64,000 nt of DNA from Octopus vulgaris (Eukaryota), in assembly GCA_951406725.2 (NCBI GenBank), contig OX597814.1:145452001-145516000 (forward strand), read 5' to 3'. Below the pieces are notes generated by a model, which was given only the letters and a program-made list of their open reading frames with translations, did no database searches and was not told the DNA's origin. The position numbers and the translations under genes are program-made. Positions 13,519 to 27,329 of the stretch are shown here, piece after piece (the stretch's first letter is position 1; every line of letters begins with the position of its first letter).

Positions 13519-13957
13519 AAAGCGGCGAGCAGGCAGAAAAGGCAGCGAGCTGGCAGAAACGTTATCGCGCCGGGCAAGATGCTTAGCGGTATTTCGTATG
13601 TCTCTACGTTCTGAGTTCAAATCCCGCCGAGGTCGACTTTGCCTTTCATCCTTTTGGGGCCGATAAATTATCCACCAGTTACACACTGAGGTCGATGTAA
13701 TAGACTTAATACCTTTGTTTGTCCTTGTTTGTCCCCTTGTGGGGATATAGAAATAAGAAACTTTAGCACGCCGAGCGGAATGCTTAGCGGTATTTCATCT
13801 GTCTTAACGTTCTGAGTTCAAATTACGCCGAGGTCGACTTTGCCTTTCATCCTTTCGGGGTCGATAAATTAAGTACCAGTTGTGTACTAGGGTCGATCTA
13901 ATCGACTGTCTCCCTCTCCAAAATTTTCGGGCCTTGTGCCTAGATTAGAAAAGAATG
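13519..13957 (+). mobile_element. SINE family B dimer with duplicated A-box head
   Basis: AGCGGCGAGCAGGCAGAAAA/GGCAGCGAGCTGGCAGAAAC head duplication, two cores, TSD TATTTACACACA at 13506-13517 and 13958-13969. Confidence 0.88.
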
Positions 13958-14380
13958 TATTTACACACATGCACGCAACCTTGCAATCAACATCACAAAG
14001 ACACACGTACGTATGCACACATACTGGCATTCACACACTCACATACAGTTTAAAATCTGCGAACAACTGGCGAGAACTCAAAAGGTATGCATTATTTTCC
14101 ATGAGCGAATACATGGTTCAATTAGTCGAAATTATTGACTAGATTCACTCACATCTGCCACCTTCGTAATGAGGATTAAACATATTGAATAATTTACAGT
14201 TAAGAAATTAAATTTCGGACGCAGTATAGCCATGAAAACAACAGAAAGATTGGGTATCTTGCCCTAATAAGATGGGGAAAGATGTCAGCAGGCAACTACG
14301 GGATCGAGCGCATATTCCTCAGATACCGACAGGGTACTCCACTTTTAGGCTTAATGTTGGAGTACAATATATAATTCTAG

Positions 14381-14618
14381 AGCGGCGAGCTGGCTGAAAC
14401 GTTAGCACGCCGGGCGAAATGCGTAGCCGTATTTCGTCTGCCGTTAAGGTTCTGAGTTCAAATATTGCCGAGGTCGACTTTGCCTTTCATCCTTTCGGGG
14501 TCGATGAATTAAGTACCAGTTACGCACTGGGGTCGATATAATCGACTTAATCCGTGTGTCTGTCCTTGTTTGTCCCCTCTGTGTTTAGTTCCTTGTGGGT
14601 AGTGAAGAAATAGGTATT
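14381..14618 (+). mobile_element. SINE family B monomer
   Basis: Head, B box, core and tail ...GTGGGTAGTGAAGAAATAGG. Confidence 0.9.
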
Positions 14619-15843
14619 GCATCTGTGTGAGTTTGGATTTATTGATAATTATTATTGGAGTGCGTCTGTATAGTAATTGCAAGTTTCTATTGACTGTTTT
14701 TGTGTTATTTCCAGTTATAATTATTGTTCCTGTTATAATTATTTGTGTGATAGTTTTCGTTCGAAAACTATCGTGTGTTTTACCCCTGTAGTGGAAACAT
14801 TAATTGCTAGCAAGATGCCGAAAAATGTAACTTCGTCTGGCAAAGAGTTGTCAACCGACAGGGAGGCAAAAGTTTACTATATGGCGATATTTTGGATTCT
14901 TCTGAAAGTGTATTTCCCCAACAATCAATGTGTACTGTTGCGAAGAGGAATATTGACGCGAAAAGCCTTCAAAAAGAAGAAAATAAACAAAAATGAAGTC
15001 TTGCCTTGGCGGCTGGAGGTGGAACGCGCCAGCTGTCGACAAATAAAAATGACCTGATAAAGTACAAAGATATGGTAACAATTGAAGACGGTGTTGGGAA
15101 AGTTCAACTCCGAAAGAACTATTAATGCTAGAAAAAAAAAAAAGAAAAACAATTGTTTTTAAATCTTACTGTCTAAAAGGAAAAAAAACTTGATCGAATG
15201 AGCGAAGAGAAAGTGGATAAGTGCTTGAAACCCATCTGGCTGAATATCACATTCCTAGCCAGCGGGAAGAAGTTTGGTACTATCGAAGTAGGACTAAAAA
15301 ATATACAAACTGCTCAAATGCATTCAGTTAAATGTTTAGAAGGACGTTGTTTTAATTCCAATATATATAGGAATGAGGACGTCAAAGATATATATACTAA
15401 GGGTCCCACCTCAATTCGACCCTATGTGGTTGATGGCGGCAGTCCTGGCATAAAAGGATAATCGGTTCAATGTGATATTGGCTTTGTATATACGTGAGGT
15501 GCATTTGTTTACGAAGCAGGGAGGGTTGCTTCTTCAGGGGATAAATCATGCATTTTCTTTGAAATATCAAACATGGCAAAAAAAGTCATTTGCAGTGTGT
15601 AAGTGGTAAATATAACAAACTGTAGAATAAAAAGACAATTAAATTCACATCGTTCATGAATAAGAAATAACAAAACTATCCCACATAATCCGAAATTTAA
15701 AAATTCTGTGATGACAAGGTAATGCAGAATATCGCGAACAAACTTCTGTATACGCGTAATCATGACCTTCAGTTTTCTTATTTTCACGTGCAGTTAAAAG
15801 AGAAAGTCTCTGACGGAGTGTCTCATGGCTTATTGACGGATCT

Positions 15844-16078
15844 AAGGCGGCGAGCTGGCAGAAACGTTAGCACACCGGGCGAAATACTTAGTGGTATTTC
15901 GCCTGCCGCTACGTTCTGAGTTCAAATTCCGCCGAGGTTGACTTTGCCTTTCATCCTTTCGGGGGCGATTAAATAAGTTCCAGTTACGCACTGGAGTCGA
16001 TGTAATCGATTTAATCCGTTTGTCTGTCCTTGTTTGTCCTCTCTGTGTTTAGCCCCTTGTGGGTAGTAAAGAAATAGG
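15844..16078 (+). mobile_element. SINE family B monomer
   Basis: Head, B box, core and tail. Confidence 0.9.
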
Positions 16079-17209
16079 CTGAAGAAAGATGTATTCGGAT
16101 TCCTTCCCCAACCGAAAATACAATATGAAAATTAAATTATCAGCCCAATTTATGACTGCATTATGATGTTGGGGAGAAATAACGAATCTGAGGTAAGAAG
16201 GTCTACTAACAAATACATACAGTCTTTTTTTTTTATAAACATACAAACAATTCTGATTCTTGTATGAATTTTTTTTAAATGAAATCTATTCAGATGAATA
16301 TTGTTCAGTTTTTCAAAAGATTTCTTTGTGGTTCTTTTAAATTGAATATTTTTTTTAGATTGAACTCTTTTCATCAAATGTCACCTGAAATTCACCTCAT
16401 CGGACATAGTATATAAGAATAATCGATACACACATATACACAAAGCCATACTCATACGCACACTCAATCAGACGCCAACACAGATGCGCACAAAGGCATA
16501 AATATACGCATTGTGTCTAACCATATATATGCAGAGAAATGGATAAAGGAAAAGCTGAATATATTTTTCTTTGAAGTTGGCCTTTAATATATTATACGAA
16601 ATTTAGATTTGATACATATATACATATAGCCAATGAATTTTCCCTCCATGTGGTCGCTCGACATTTTACAAATAGTATTCAATATCTATTCAAAACTAAC
16701 AATTGCATCTTAAGATCAGAACGACACATTTATTAATATAGTTACCATTATACTGAAAAATACAGGGTCGTCATGTCTGGAAAAGTGTACAGCAGAGATT
16801 TGAGCACATTTGACCTGAGACTAAACTACACCAAGAACATATGTACTTATATATGCTTATATATGAACAGTCGTAAATTACGCAAACACACATTTCGCGC
16901 GCAGACGCACACACATATAATTCTAAATACAATTTACCATAAGCTGGACAATGCAGGAAGATAGATGAGCCATTGGCTTAACGCTTTAATAGAATGTGAA
17001 TGCCTCAAAGTTTTGGACCTTATTCTTTTATCAGTAGAAGGGAGGAAAGAAGTAGAGGGGGAATGAAAAGCAGAAAATAATCACTTAAACGAACGGGAAA
17101 AGGGTTAGAAACTGAGTGGCAACGATGTATTATGATGTGGAATTATGAATCAACCAATCAGTCTACGACGTGGTTGAACAATCAATCCAAACCAAGCAGG
17201 ATTTGCAGA

Positions 17210-17464
17210 GTGGATTGTAATATTCATCCATTCGATTGCTGGATACAAAACCTTGCTCGTGAAACCTCCGTGCGGGTGATTTTCTGAGTCACTATCTCAC
17301 TGTTGTACGCCAATCCGTCACAAGGTTACTCATTTACAGCCGAGTGGACTAGAGCAACATGAAATGAAGTGTTTTGCATAAGAACACAATGCACAGCCGA
17401 CCTGGGGATCGAATCTACGATCTCAGAATCGGTAGTGCAGCAGCCTAGCCATTTAACCACGCGC
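17210..17464 (-). mobile_element. SINE family C, diverged copy
   Basis: Reverse complement GCGCGTGGTTAAATGG...GATTCGATCC...TTCATGTTGCTCTAGTCCACTCGGCTGTAAATGAGT aligns to 24218-24360. Confidence 0.7.
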
Positions 17465-17599
17465 ATTCATTGTTATGAATAGAGGAAGTGGTGGGTGTAT
17501 ATGGCCTTGCAAACCACACGGTTTCGGGTTTAGTCCGACTATGTTGAAGCACGTCATACATATACACTCACATATATACATATATACATACACACACAC

Positions 17600-17660
<61 letters not shown>

Positions 17661-17666
17661 TATACA

Positions 17667-17935
17667 TGGTGGTGGTTGTCTACTTATTATGCAGAGTTGG
17701 ACCACCAAGAACTACAGATAAGTTCTGATCTTCGTGGATCTTAAAACCTTCTGGCATACACTGCATTTAAAGGTGTGCACAGAGATAGAAACAGAATAGC
17801 TGGTGGAAGTTCGTTTTCCCTGGTTTCGCAAATGAGATTTGAACCCAGTAAAAGAAAGGCATGGTCTGTCACAAACTTTGCACACAAAAAGGTCATTGTC
17901 ATTGTCGATCGTAACATTCTTTCTTAGATCTCTGT
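17667..17935 (-). mobile_element. LINE 3' end (RTE-like) with C2H2-type zinc-finger motif, ending in a (TA)n tract
   Basis: Within ORF 17712..18170: FVCKVCDRPCLSFTGFKSHLR...FKCSVCQKV. RTE-type LINEs often end in CxxCxRxCxSxxGLxSHxR. A short 3' UTR runs into (TA)n, and the piece lies between head and tail remnants of a family A SINE. Confidence 0.55.
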
Positions 17936-17939
17936 ATGT

Positions 17940-18125
17940 ATGCTTGTGTGTGTTCATGTTTGTCAACTCCGTTTGGTTTGAATGTTTTTTCCTTAAAGTA
18001 GAGCTTCGGTAAAAGAGACCGACAGAATAAGCACTAGGGTTCATTTGTTCGACTAACACTTCATTTACAGACCCACCCCAGCACGGTCGCAGTTCAATGC
18101 CTAAAGCGAGTAAAATAATAAAGAG
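17940..18125 (+). mobile_element. SINE family A 3' portion (head remnant at about 17481-17543)
   Basis: CGGTAAAAGAGACCGACAGAATAAGCACTAGG...CCCAGCACGGTCGCAGTTCAATG. Confidence 0.7.
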
Positions 18126-19575
18126 ATATATGTATGAGAGAAAGATAGAGTAAGAGAAAAAGAGAGACAAGGAGTCCTGATAGCCTGTACAATATATATA
18201 TATATATATTTATATACGCGAGCACGTCTGTGTTCATGGATATGTATATATATTTTTTATTTAAAATTTGACGTACAGAATATAGAAATACAATATATCA
18301 ATATAATATAATCTGTGTTGCGAAGATTGAGGATGCTTGAAGGAGAACTTATTAAAGATGCGATGGGACCGATTGTAATATGATTCCCATTATGTACTGT
18401 AGACACACTCTATCAGGGGAATTTTTAGCCTCTAGAAGATAGACATTACGCCATTAAGTTTGTTTATATGTTAAATGTTAAATCTGAGCGAATTACCTAA
18501 CATTATGATTTTATTTTTTTATGTAGATTCTACTCGTCTTCATTGTTTCTTTTCCTCTGTCGCTCAGATACAGATATTTACGTACACTAACATATGTGTG
18601 CCTCTATATGTGACGTTGACAAGCAAGCTGTATTTAAAACATGTCTCTAAATAAATACATACGCACAAAAAATCACACAGACTTATGTATGTGTCTGTCT
18701 AACAGGTATGTACTTATTCGTACATACATAGCGTGACATTATATCCAATCTCATTTTTTAATGAAGATGCTATTAGTATAATATAATATTAAAAATGTGA
18801 ATAGATAAAAAAAAAATCAATAAGAAACTTTTGTATCGAATCTACTCCGTCTAAGCAAAGACAATAGTTTCCAAATCACTCGAGAACCTTTTCAGAATGT
18901 CGCATTTCACCAGATCTAAAGGGAATATTTTTTTTCATTTTTCACTTTTATAACAAATAGTCATTCATATTGGAGTATATTTGCTGAAAGTTAACTGGTA
19001 CTTGATTTGAGCGACCGCGATGGGATGGAAAGTAGTTTGGGTATGATTTCTTTAACGTCAAAATCGTGTCCCTTCTATTTAGTACAATGCATGAAACTAT
19101 CCGCGAGATGTTTAATCTTGTGGGTAGTACATATCCAAAATTAACCACGTTCAACGCACAAAGGCCCATATATGTAAGAAAGAATACAAATTTCTCTCTT
19201 ATGCGTGGAACAGTACAAGGCCTCTGTTCATGAGCTTCTTAGAAATATCTTATTTCCACAGACACATATTGTCTAATTCGAATGACGAAATTGATATCAC
19301 TCTATATCCTACTATAGTACCTGTCTACTATCTACCTGTACGTGTATATCTCTGTTCGGCATTTTGTAACGTAATCTAACAATAGGTCACACCTCTGCTA
19401 GTGATTTTCTCCAGGAACTCTGAGAGTATTGCCAATGTGGCTTTCTATCACCTTTTCAGATAATACTTCGGGAATTTCTCAATACTCTTTCAGAGACAGT
19501 TGTTCAATTATTTTTACAACCCTCGCAAGGGGACCGGATTTTGCAAAATATTTTGCTATAACCGCTACCTATACT

Positions 19576-19991
19576 TATTTCTTTACTACCCACAAGAGGC
19601 TAAACTCAGAGAGGACAAACAAGGACAGACAAACGGATTAAGTCGATTGTATCGACGCCAGTGCGTAACTGGTACTTATTTAATCGACCCCGAAAGGATG
19701 AAAGGCAAAGTCGACCTCGGCGGAATTTGAACCCAGAACGTGACGGCAGACGAAATACCTATTTCTTTACAACCCACAAGGGGCTAAACACACAGGAGAC
19801 AAACAAGGACAGACACACGGATTAAGTCGATTATACTGACCCCGGTGCGTAACTGGTAATTAATTTATCGACCCCAAAAGGATGAAAGGCAAAGTCGACC
19901 TCGGCGGAATTTTAACTCAGAACGTAACGGAAGACGAAATACCACTAAAGATTTCGCCCGGCGTGCTAACGATTCTGCCAGTTCGCCGCCT
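19576..19991 (-). mobile_element. SINE family B dimer with 19-bp TSD
   Basis: TSD TATAACCGCTACCTATACT at 19557-19575 and 19992-20010 encloses one head and two body units. Confidence 0.93.
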
Positions 19992-22900
19992 TATAACCGC
20001 TACCTATACTGCTGCTTTATTGTCGGTGCTTCCAGAAAGCTACAAAGTATGTGGCACTAGTAACAGTAATGACCATAGTAGTTTTATTTGAGGTGGGAAA
20101 ATTTAGTTTAGAGCTGTGATGCTGGTGATGTAGATGCTGCTTGTCGACAGAATAGCATGTAGAAAGATTTGACTAGTCGTCGTAGTCACAGTGATGGAGA
20201 CATCAGTGATAATGGTGTTATTTTTGTTATTTTCCTTCTCCATTTCTCCATCGTTGTCGCTGTTACTATTTTGGCTTTTGTCACTTTCACTCTCCCTTGA
20301 GAAAAAGTTCAGCCGGAAAAGCTTTTTGATAAAGAATAACAAAATACTTGTCATTGATGGTCTTATAATTATCTTTTTCATTATTGTTGTTGACGGTGGT
20401 AGTGGTGCTGTTGCTGCTGCTATTGGTGGTGGTGACAAAATCGTATGTTCCCCATGACTTAAAAATGTTTCCGAGATAAGCAACAATAGCCTTAGAGCGA
20501 TTGCTACCACATTTGTCACGGCTACCTCTCACTGCTCCTCTCTTTATAAACGTCAATACTATTGACATTTTTATAAGAGATGTTTTTTCTGATAACAGCT
20601 GTTGATAGGGGAATTACTTGTGTTTCCTTAATTAAAGAAGACACTTGGAGTTTTTAGATGCCCTGTTTCCCAGATAATAATTTTAAGTAAAGTTAATAGA
20701 ATTTTAAAATTCTAAAGGAAAAGTTTGGAAATAAAATACGAAGCATAAGGTTGCCATAACTAAGTTACCATAAAAATTAACAAGAAAAATAATAATAGTT
20801 TCTCGTTTAGATACATGACCAGTAGTTTTCAGGAAGCGGGTTATTCTATTAAATCGTCACCAGTACTTGAATGGTACTTGTTTTTTTGTTTTTTTGTTGA
20901 ATGAGAAAGGATAGAAGAGGAAATTAGCCTTTATAGGATTTGAACTCAGAATGAGAAGGGCTGGAACTAAAAGCACAAATACTTTGTCATGCTCTGACAA
21001 TTTACAGTTCGATACATTAAATTTCTTTCTCTTATCATCTGCAATAATGATTACTGACTTTATTATAATTGCCTGGAAAGATAAAAAGGTAAAATCGATC
21101 TCGGTAAGATTTGAGCTCAGAATAAAAAAGCAACGCAAACCATTTCGTCTGACATTCCGAACAGTCTGAGATTCACCAGCTTTATTACGTTTAACTTTCT
21201 CTTCATTTCTTCCTATGAGTTTTCTAAATGGTTGCATCAATTTCAAACGAACTGATACTAAAAATTATGCAAATCTATTGTGTAAAATAAACTTGCGTGG
21301 TGTAATGGGAAGATTCGAACCTCGCAGATGTCTGTTTGAATTATTTGAAATTCTTCTATGCTTCTATGTGAATTTTGTTGAAAGGAAAATTATATTTGCA
21401 CTAACAATCTGAAGTGTGAAATTAATATTCTCAAAGAAAAGAAAATTAAAGCAGACTTATTGAAGGAAGAAGAGTTAACGACCCTTATAGTAATATTCCG
21501 TTCGAGAATATTATTATAAATTGAGTACGAGAGAAAAAGAAAAGAAGCACTTATTAAAGATCAATTTTCATATCCCGTGTAGTCAGCCATTTTTTGCCTC
21601 ATTTGAAAACTGATTAGAAAATGTGACAAGAAGCGCATTAGACTGTACAATGCCTTCTTTCCGTTTTCATTTAATGATTTGACACCAGCTTCTATACAAA
21701 TATTATTGAATTCTTTTTTTATCGGAATGATAAAATACATTATGCTTCTAAGGCCTTTTGTATTTGTTGTGGATTTTCATGACACAACATTCTAATGACA
21801 AAAATTGAAAGACAAGACTTCCTTCACTTCATCCTGTATTTGGTGAAGTTAACGGACTAGATTTTGCTAATTAAAAAAATACACACACATGTTCTGTGAA
21901 AAATGGTCATGTCCACATCCTGTAGTTCAATTTAATCCTTTAAAGAGCCACTACATTAGAGTTACAATGAAATGAAGTTGTTATTTCATTGTGAATTCAA
22001 ATATAACGAAATTATTACAAAAAGAAAAAGGAAATTAGATTTTTTAACAATGATGGAAGACACAATAAAAGACTGTAAACAAAAAGCGACTTAAAGCAAA
22101 GAATTTATTCATGATGTCGAATAAAATATATTTGAATATATATTTTGGATAGATATTGTTAAATACATAGATTTTTGCTACACTTACAAAACGACATCTA
22201 CATGGTTACTTGAATGCTATAAATAACGGCGTAATCTTCCTCAGTAGACTGTACAGCGACAATAAATCTGACTGGTAGACAGTTATGATCGTAGATACCA
22301 TGTGTCTGATAAACAAAAATGATATGGTCGCAGTACCATTCTTCTACACATAGACTTGATATATAAGATTTGGACTGAGGCTTCAAGAGAAAAAAAAAGT
22401 ATTAACTGTGAAGCTGTGGCATGACTTTACGTGTTCGCTTAATATGCACAACAGTATTCATATTCATCTCACCTACTTTACATTCTAAGACAAAAGAACA
22501 CGGGTTAATATATTTTAGCTCTGCCAATAAGCTGGGTTGGTTAAGTCTGGAATCTTTTGATAAGTCCGATTTAACGGGAATAATATGGGGCCACATAACT
22601 GCAACGGTATAAAGACTTCCTGTGCCTTTAGAGGAGACTAACCTTTTGCAAGAATTTCGATGAGATTAGCACTCCACGTTATAGCAGTCAAAGCTCATAT
22701 TCTGTAAAAGATATCCGAATCATATACTTCTTGGAAAGGCTTGAAAGGTCGCGAGTACTCTAAATTCCTCAGTTTTTCATTTGCATAATAACTACAATAT
22801 TTTATAGTTTCTTCTGTGTGTAGTTTTATACATGTGAAGTTTTAGTGTGTTCAGTGTAATTTATTGTATGTTTTTGAATTCTTATTTTCTTCTTTTCAAT

Positions 22901-24217
22901 TTTTCTTTCCTTCGTTCAATCATATCAGAAATGTCTAGCTGTAATTTTTACGAATACTTAGCGACTTTCAATATAAAGGGATGACAATTTCAAAACTTCT
23001 TGAAATTAACTTTTGAAGTAAATTCATACACATTGGGAGAGGAAGACTGATAATTGTTAGCAGCAAGGGAAAACTATGGACATGATTTGATGTATAATAA
23101 CGCATCCTCAAACTGTAATCTACTCCACCCTCCAAATGTGTGCTAAATTATTCGCTATATTTTATGTATATTGTAGCAATATTCTATAAAAATATAAAAG
23201 AATAGTGATTTGGTGTTTACATATGTTCTCAATTCAACTGCCACCAGCGAGATTAATATAAGAAACAATAATCTAATACAGTTTCATCAATCGACCGTGT
23301 GCTATTTACAACCAAATTTCAACTTCTGTTTTCGAAAGCTATCAATAATTTTAAATGAAAATAGTAATATGTTTTCGTTATTTTTACTACATTTAATTCT
23401 AAATATGTGGTTATGCGGCAATTAATTATTATAAATATACTGACATCACTGTGAAGTCCTTATTATTGTATTGTGTTAATATTCACTTTGTTTGGTTATC
23501 TCTTCCATTAAAATGCAACTTCAATATATACCAATGAATCGTTCCCTATCAGGTATATAATTACGTACGTTCAATCTTTTTAAGCAAGTGTAGACAACTA
23601 TTGTGTTGCTTTTCTGTGTTCAGAATTCAAATGATAAACCTTGTAATAATCTATCCAACATGCACTTATTCAGTATAAACTTCGAATGTTTTCATAAAAG
23701 AATAAAATATATACTTTGATTATATCAGAGAAAATTAACAATGCATAAATAATAATATATTTGAAATTTATTTACTGACAACATATAGAATCCAAATTAT
23801 TTCCTTTCAAGGCCTGTAGATATAGCTGACATGTAATATACGCTTATCTAAACTTTATTCTACACCTCGTATTATAACCAATTCTATCCTCCTACTCACA
23901 AGCGTGTGTGTTCAGTTCTCCCAACACCTACAATTAATCAGGAACTCTAGTATGCTGTTCTAATGCAAACGAAAAAATATTCTGTTTATTTTCTACCACA
24001 TCTACCAATCTAAGTTTTAAAATCTTTTTGAAATGAAATACGTAGGAGAATAATAGAATTGGTCTAACATCGAATAATGCCATTCGATATTATATTCTAA
24101 ATTCAAATACAAACGAAGCTGACATGACCTGTTATTCTGTGGCATTAATTGACTCAGGACTACCAGAATGATTTATCTTAGGGTCCATACTATATAAGTC
24201 CATGCTATGTAAGTGAA

Positions 24218-24544
24218 GTGAGGGCGCGTGGCTTAGTGGTCAGGGCATTCGGCTCATGATCGTAAGGTTGTGAGTTCGATTCCCGGCGACGCGTTGTGTC
24301 CTTGAGCAAGACACTTTATTTCACGTTGCTCCAGTCCACTCAGCTGGCAAAAATGAGTTGTACTTGTATTTCAAAGGGTCAGCCTTGTCACTCTCTGTGT
24401 CACGCTGATTATCCCCGAGAACTACGTTAAGGGTACACGTGTCTGTGGAATGCTCAGCCATTTGCACGTTAATTTCACGAGCAAGCTGTTCCGTTGATCG
24501 TATCAGTTGGGACCCTCGTCGTCGTAACCGGCGGAGTCTTTTAA
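24218..24544 (+). mobile_element. tRNA-derived SINE, family C, full length with 11-bp TSD
   Basis: A box TGGCTTAGTGG (24229-24239), B box GTTCGATTCC (24274-24283), TGTGTCCTTGAGCAAGACACTT central motif; TSD ATGTAAGTGAA at 24207-24217 and 24545-24555. Confidence 0.92.
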
Positions 24545-25824
24545 ATGTAAGTGAAAATCTCAGAGTTTTATGGGTTCGCTATCACTTGCGCCCAATGCAC
24601 CCAAATTTCCCCATAGGTCACCAAATAAGATATTAATTAGGCTAGGTGCTAAATTTCGGTGATCGAATGTGAACCAGTGTTTTCGATGAGACATGGCCAT
24701 AAAATTAAAACAATAACAATATATACACAGTATTGCATTGACTCTCTTTAATGTTTTACGCAAACTTTCAACGCAAAGCCTAGGTAGGATTGCACTCCTT
24801 CGAAAATACACTATACATAACATATTAAATGAATAATTAATCGACGCTAATATGAAATATACAACACGTACATTCTATTAATTTATGAAGAAAAATAGGG
24901 ACTATAGCCAGCTTCTATGAAAAAACACTTCGTACGAAAAACACTTCGAAAAACCACTTCAGCTCTTAATATTCCTTAAAGATGGAATATCAATAAGACA
25001 TTTTGCCTAGAAAGTACGTTTCGCAATTATCTGGTTTCAGTTTAAGCCGCACAGCGTTCAACCATGGGCTAGTATATTCTACTATAGCTCCAGAGCAACA
25101 AATGTCTTGCGAGTGAATATGGGAGACGGTAACTTTGTAGCAGCTTGTCGTGTATACATACATACATACATACACACATACATGCATACACACACACATA
25201 CACATACACACATATATGTATGCATTATGTATGTATGTATGTATGTATGTATGTATGTATGTATGTATGTATCTTTGTGCTTGTGTTTGTTAACACCCCC
25301 ACCATCGCCTGACAAGCGGCGTTGATTTGTTTACCTAGTGGTTTGGCAAATGGGGAGACGGCTCGAATAAGTACCAAACAGGTGCTGGAGTCGATTGTTC
25401 AATTGAACCATTCAAAGTAGAGCCCAGTGTGGCCGCACCCAATCTTCCCCGAATCCTTTTCTTTATTCTTATTCTTTTCAGCTCTAGACATTTGCCCACT
25501 CCCATATCTTATTGCTTCATACATATGTTTTTTTCTGTTTTTTGTTCTCTCAGTACTTTCCACTTATTTTTGACCAAATATCTTGCTAGTTAACTTGGTA
25601 TCACTTAACGACGTTATAACCATTACATAATTAAGGTATATCCGGTTTGATGAGTAGATAGTGGAACAAACCTACCCTAGCTACTCATCAAGTGGTTATG
25701 GTAGCTAGGAAACATGTAGCCTGGATTTCACCTGGCCCTCTATCCTCAATTTGGATTCTTATCGCATACATAGCAAACCTAGCTGTTACCTTCGATATGG
25801 GAAATACATACATACATACATACA

Positions 25825-25856
<32 letters not shown>

Positions 25857-25857
25857 C

Positions 25858-25909
<52 letters not shown>

Positions 25910-25939
25910 TTATATATACACTCTCTCTTTCTCTCTCAC

Positions 25940-26072
25940 CACATCCAATCACAAGGCTTTGGTCGGCCCGAGGCTATAATAGTAGAAGACACATACTCAA
26001 GATGCCACGCAGTGGGACTGAACCCATAAACATGTGGTTGGTAAGAAGCAAACAACTTACCTCACAGCCATA
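25940..26072 (-). mobile_element. SINE family A head (other diverged pieces at about 24995-25140 (-) and 25270-25440 (+))
   Basis: CACAAGGCTTTGGTCGGCCCGAGGCTATA...GCCACGCAGTGGGACTGAACCC. Confidence 0.8.
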
Positions 26073-27268
26073 TATACATGTATATATACATGTATATATA
26101 TGTGTATATATATGTATGTATATATGTATATATATTAGAAGGTTTGGAAGTGATGTACAGTTATTATATATTTAAAAAAATAAGGTACTCAGAAATCTGG
26201 ATGGTTTTATATTTACAGATTTTTATTAATATGTCACATGTCTTTATAAATCATATATTAGCGCTTGCATCTACTCTAGTAGAGTGTCTAGATTTGAATC
26301 AAATCTGGGAGTCTACTAGAGAAGATGTATGTATGTATGTATGTATGTATGTATGTATGTATGTATGTATGTATGTATGTATGTATGTACGTATGTATGT
26401 ATGTAGTCAAAAGATGAGATCCAGAAGTTCTCGCTATAGGAAACACTTTGTAGCGTTCAAATGATTCGAAATTGAAGTCTGTTGTTTTAACTAGGAAGCT
26501 ATTCCGAGGGGGAAAATTTAGGTTAGCATATATGGAGGTAACTATGCAGATAAACAAATTAAATATAACAGCTTGGGTTCGATATAGAAAATGTATATAT
26601 GTATACATGTGTAGTGGATGTGTGTGTGTATTAATAAATACATAAATTGTTTCATGATTAAAAAGGGATTTATTTACATGGATTATAAATACACTACATA
26701 CAATTGTAAGCAAATGCTACGCATTGCTTGTATAGAGCACGTAATAAAGATGAATATGTTTGTGTGTGTGTGTGTGTGGGTGTATGCGTGAATCATTCGA
26801 AACAGTAGCCTGTAGGCATTTTCTCTGTCGTCTCCAAAACGCGGGGTGTCTGCTGGTGTGTCAGCTCCGATTGTCTTTCTTTCTCTGTTTTTCCCTTGTA
26901 TTTATAATATTTGAGACAGCTAGAAAGATAGACATACTGCAACAGAGTTACTACTTAAGTAGGTCAGCGCTTGTCCAGTTGAACTTCGCCTGACATGGCT
27001 GAGGTCGCAGGTCAAAGGGAGAGGATCAATCACTTTTTGACAGAACAAAGGATCTTTAAATTTCGCGCCTATACATGCATTGGTTTTTGACGACCGATGA
27101 TTCTTGGATTCGATTTTTAATCTAAGCTTAGAGAAGGAAGTGCTAACTCTTATACATGTAAAATGAAAGAAAGCAAATAAATATTGTAGACCATGAATAG
27201 TATAAAAATATAGATATTTATAACGAAATATTTATCGTCTGAAAACCTCCAATCTTTATTTTTGTTTA

Positions 27269-27329
<61 letters not shown>

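Noticed and set aside
12737-13957. CRISPR-like array
   Set aside because: The repeats are ~180-bp SINE units without unique spacers, in eukaryotic DNA.
14640-15620. Possible decayed LINE ORF1 region
   Set aside because: Only vague similarity; cannot be supported without a search.
17712-18170. Host C2H2 zinc-finger gene
   Set aside because: No TGEKP linkers, second finger incomplete, and the ORF start runs through a SINE; better explained as a LINE 3' end.
22198-22612. Short ORFs with a pyrimidine tract suggesting an exon
   Set aside because: No recognisable domain or consistent donor/acceptor pair.
24218-24290. tRNA gene
   Set aside because: No acceptor stem or terminator; it is the head of a TSD-bounded SINE.
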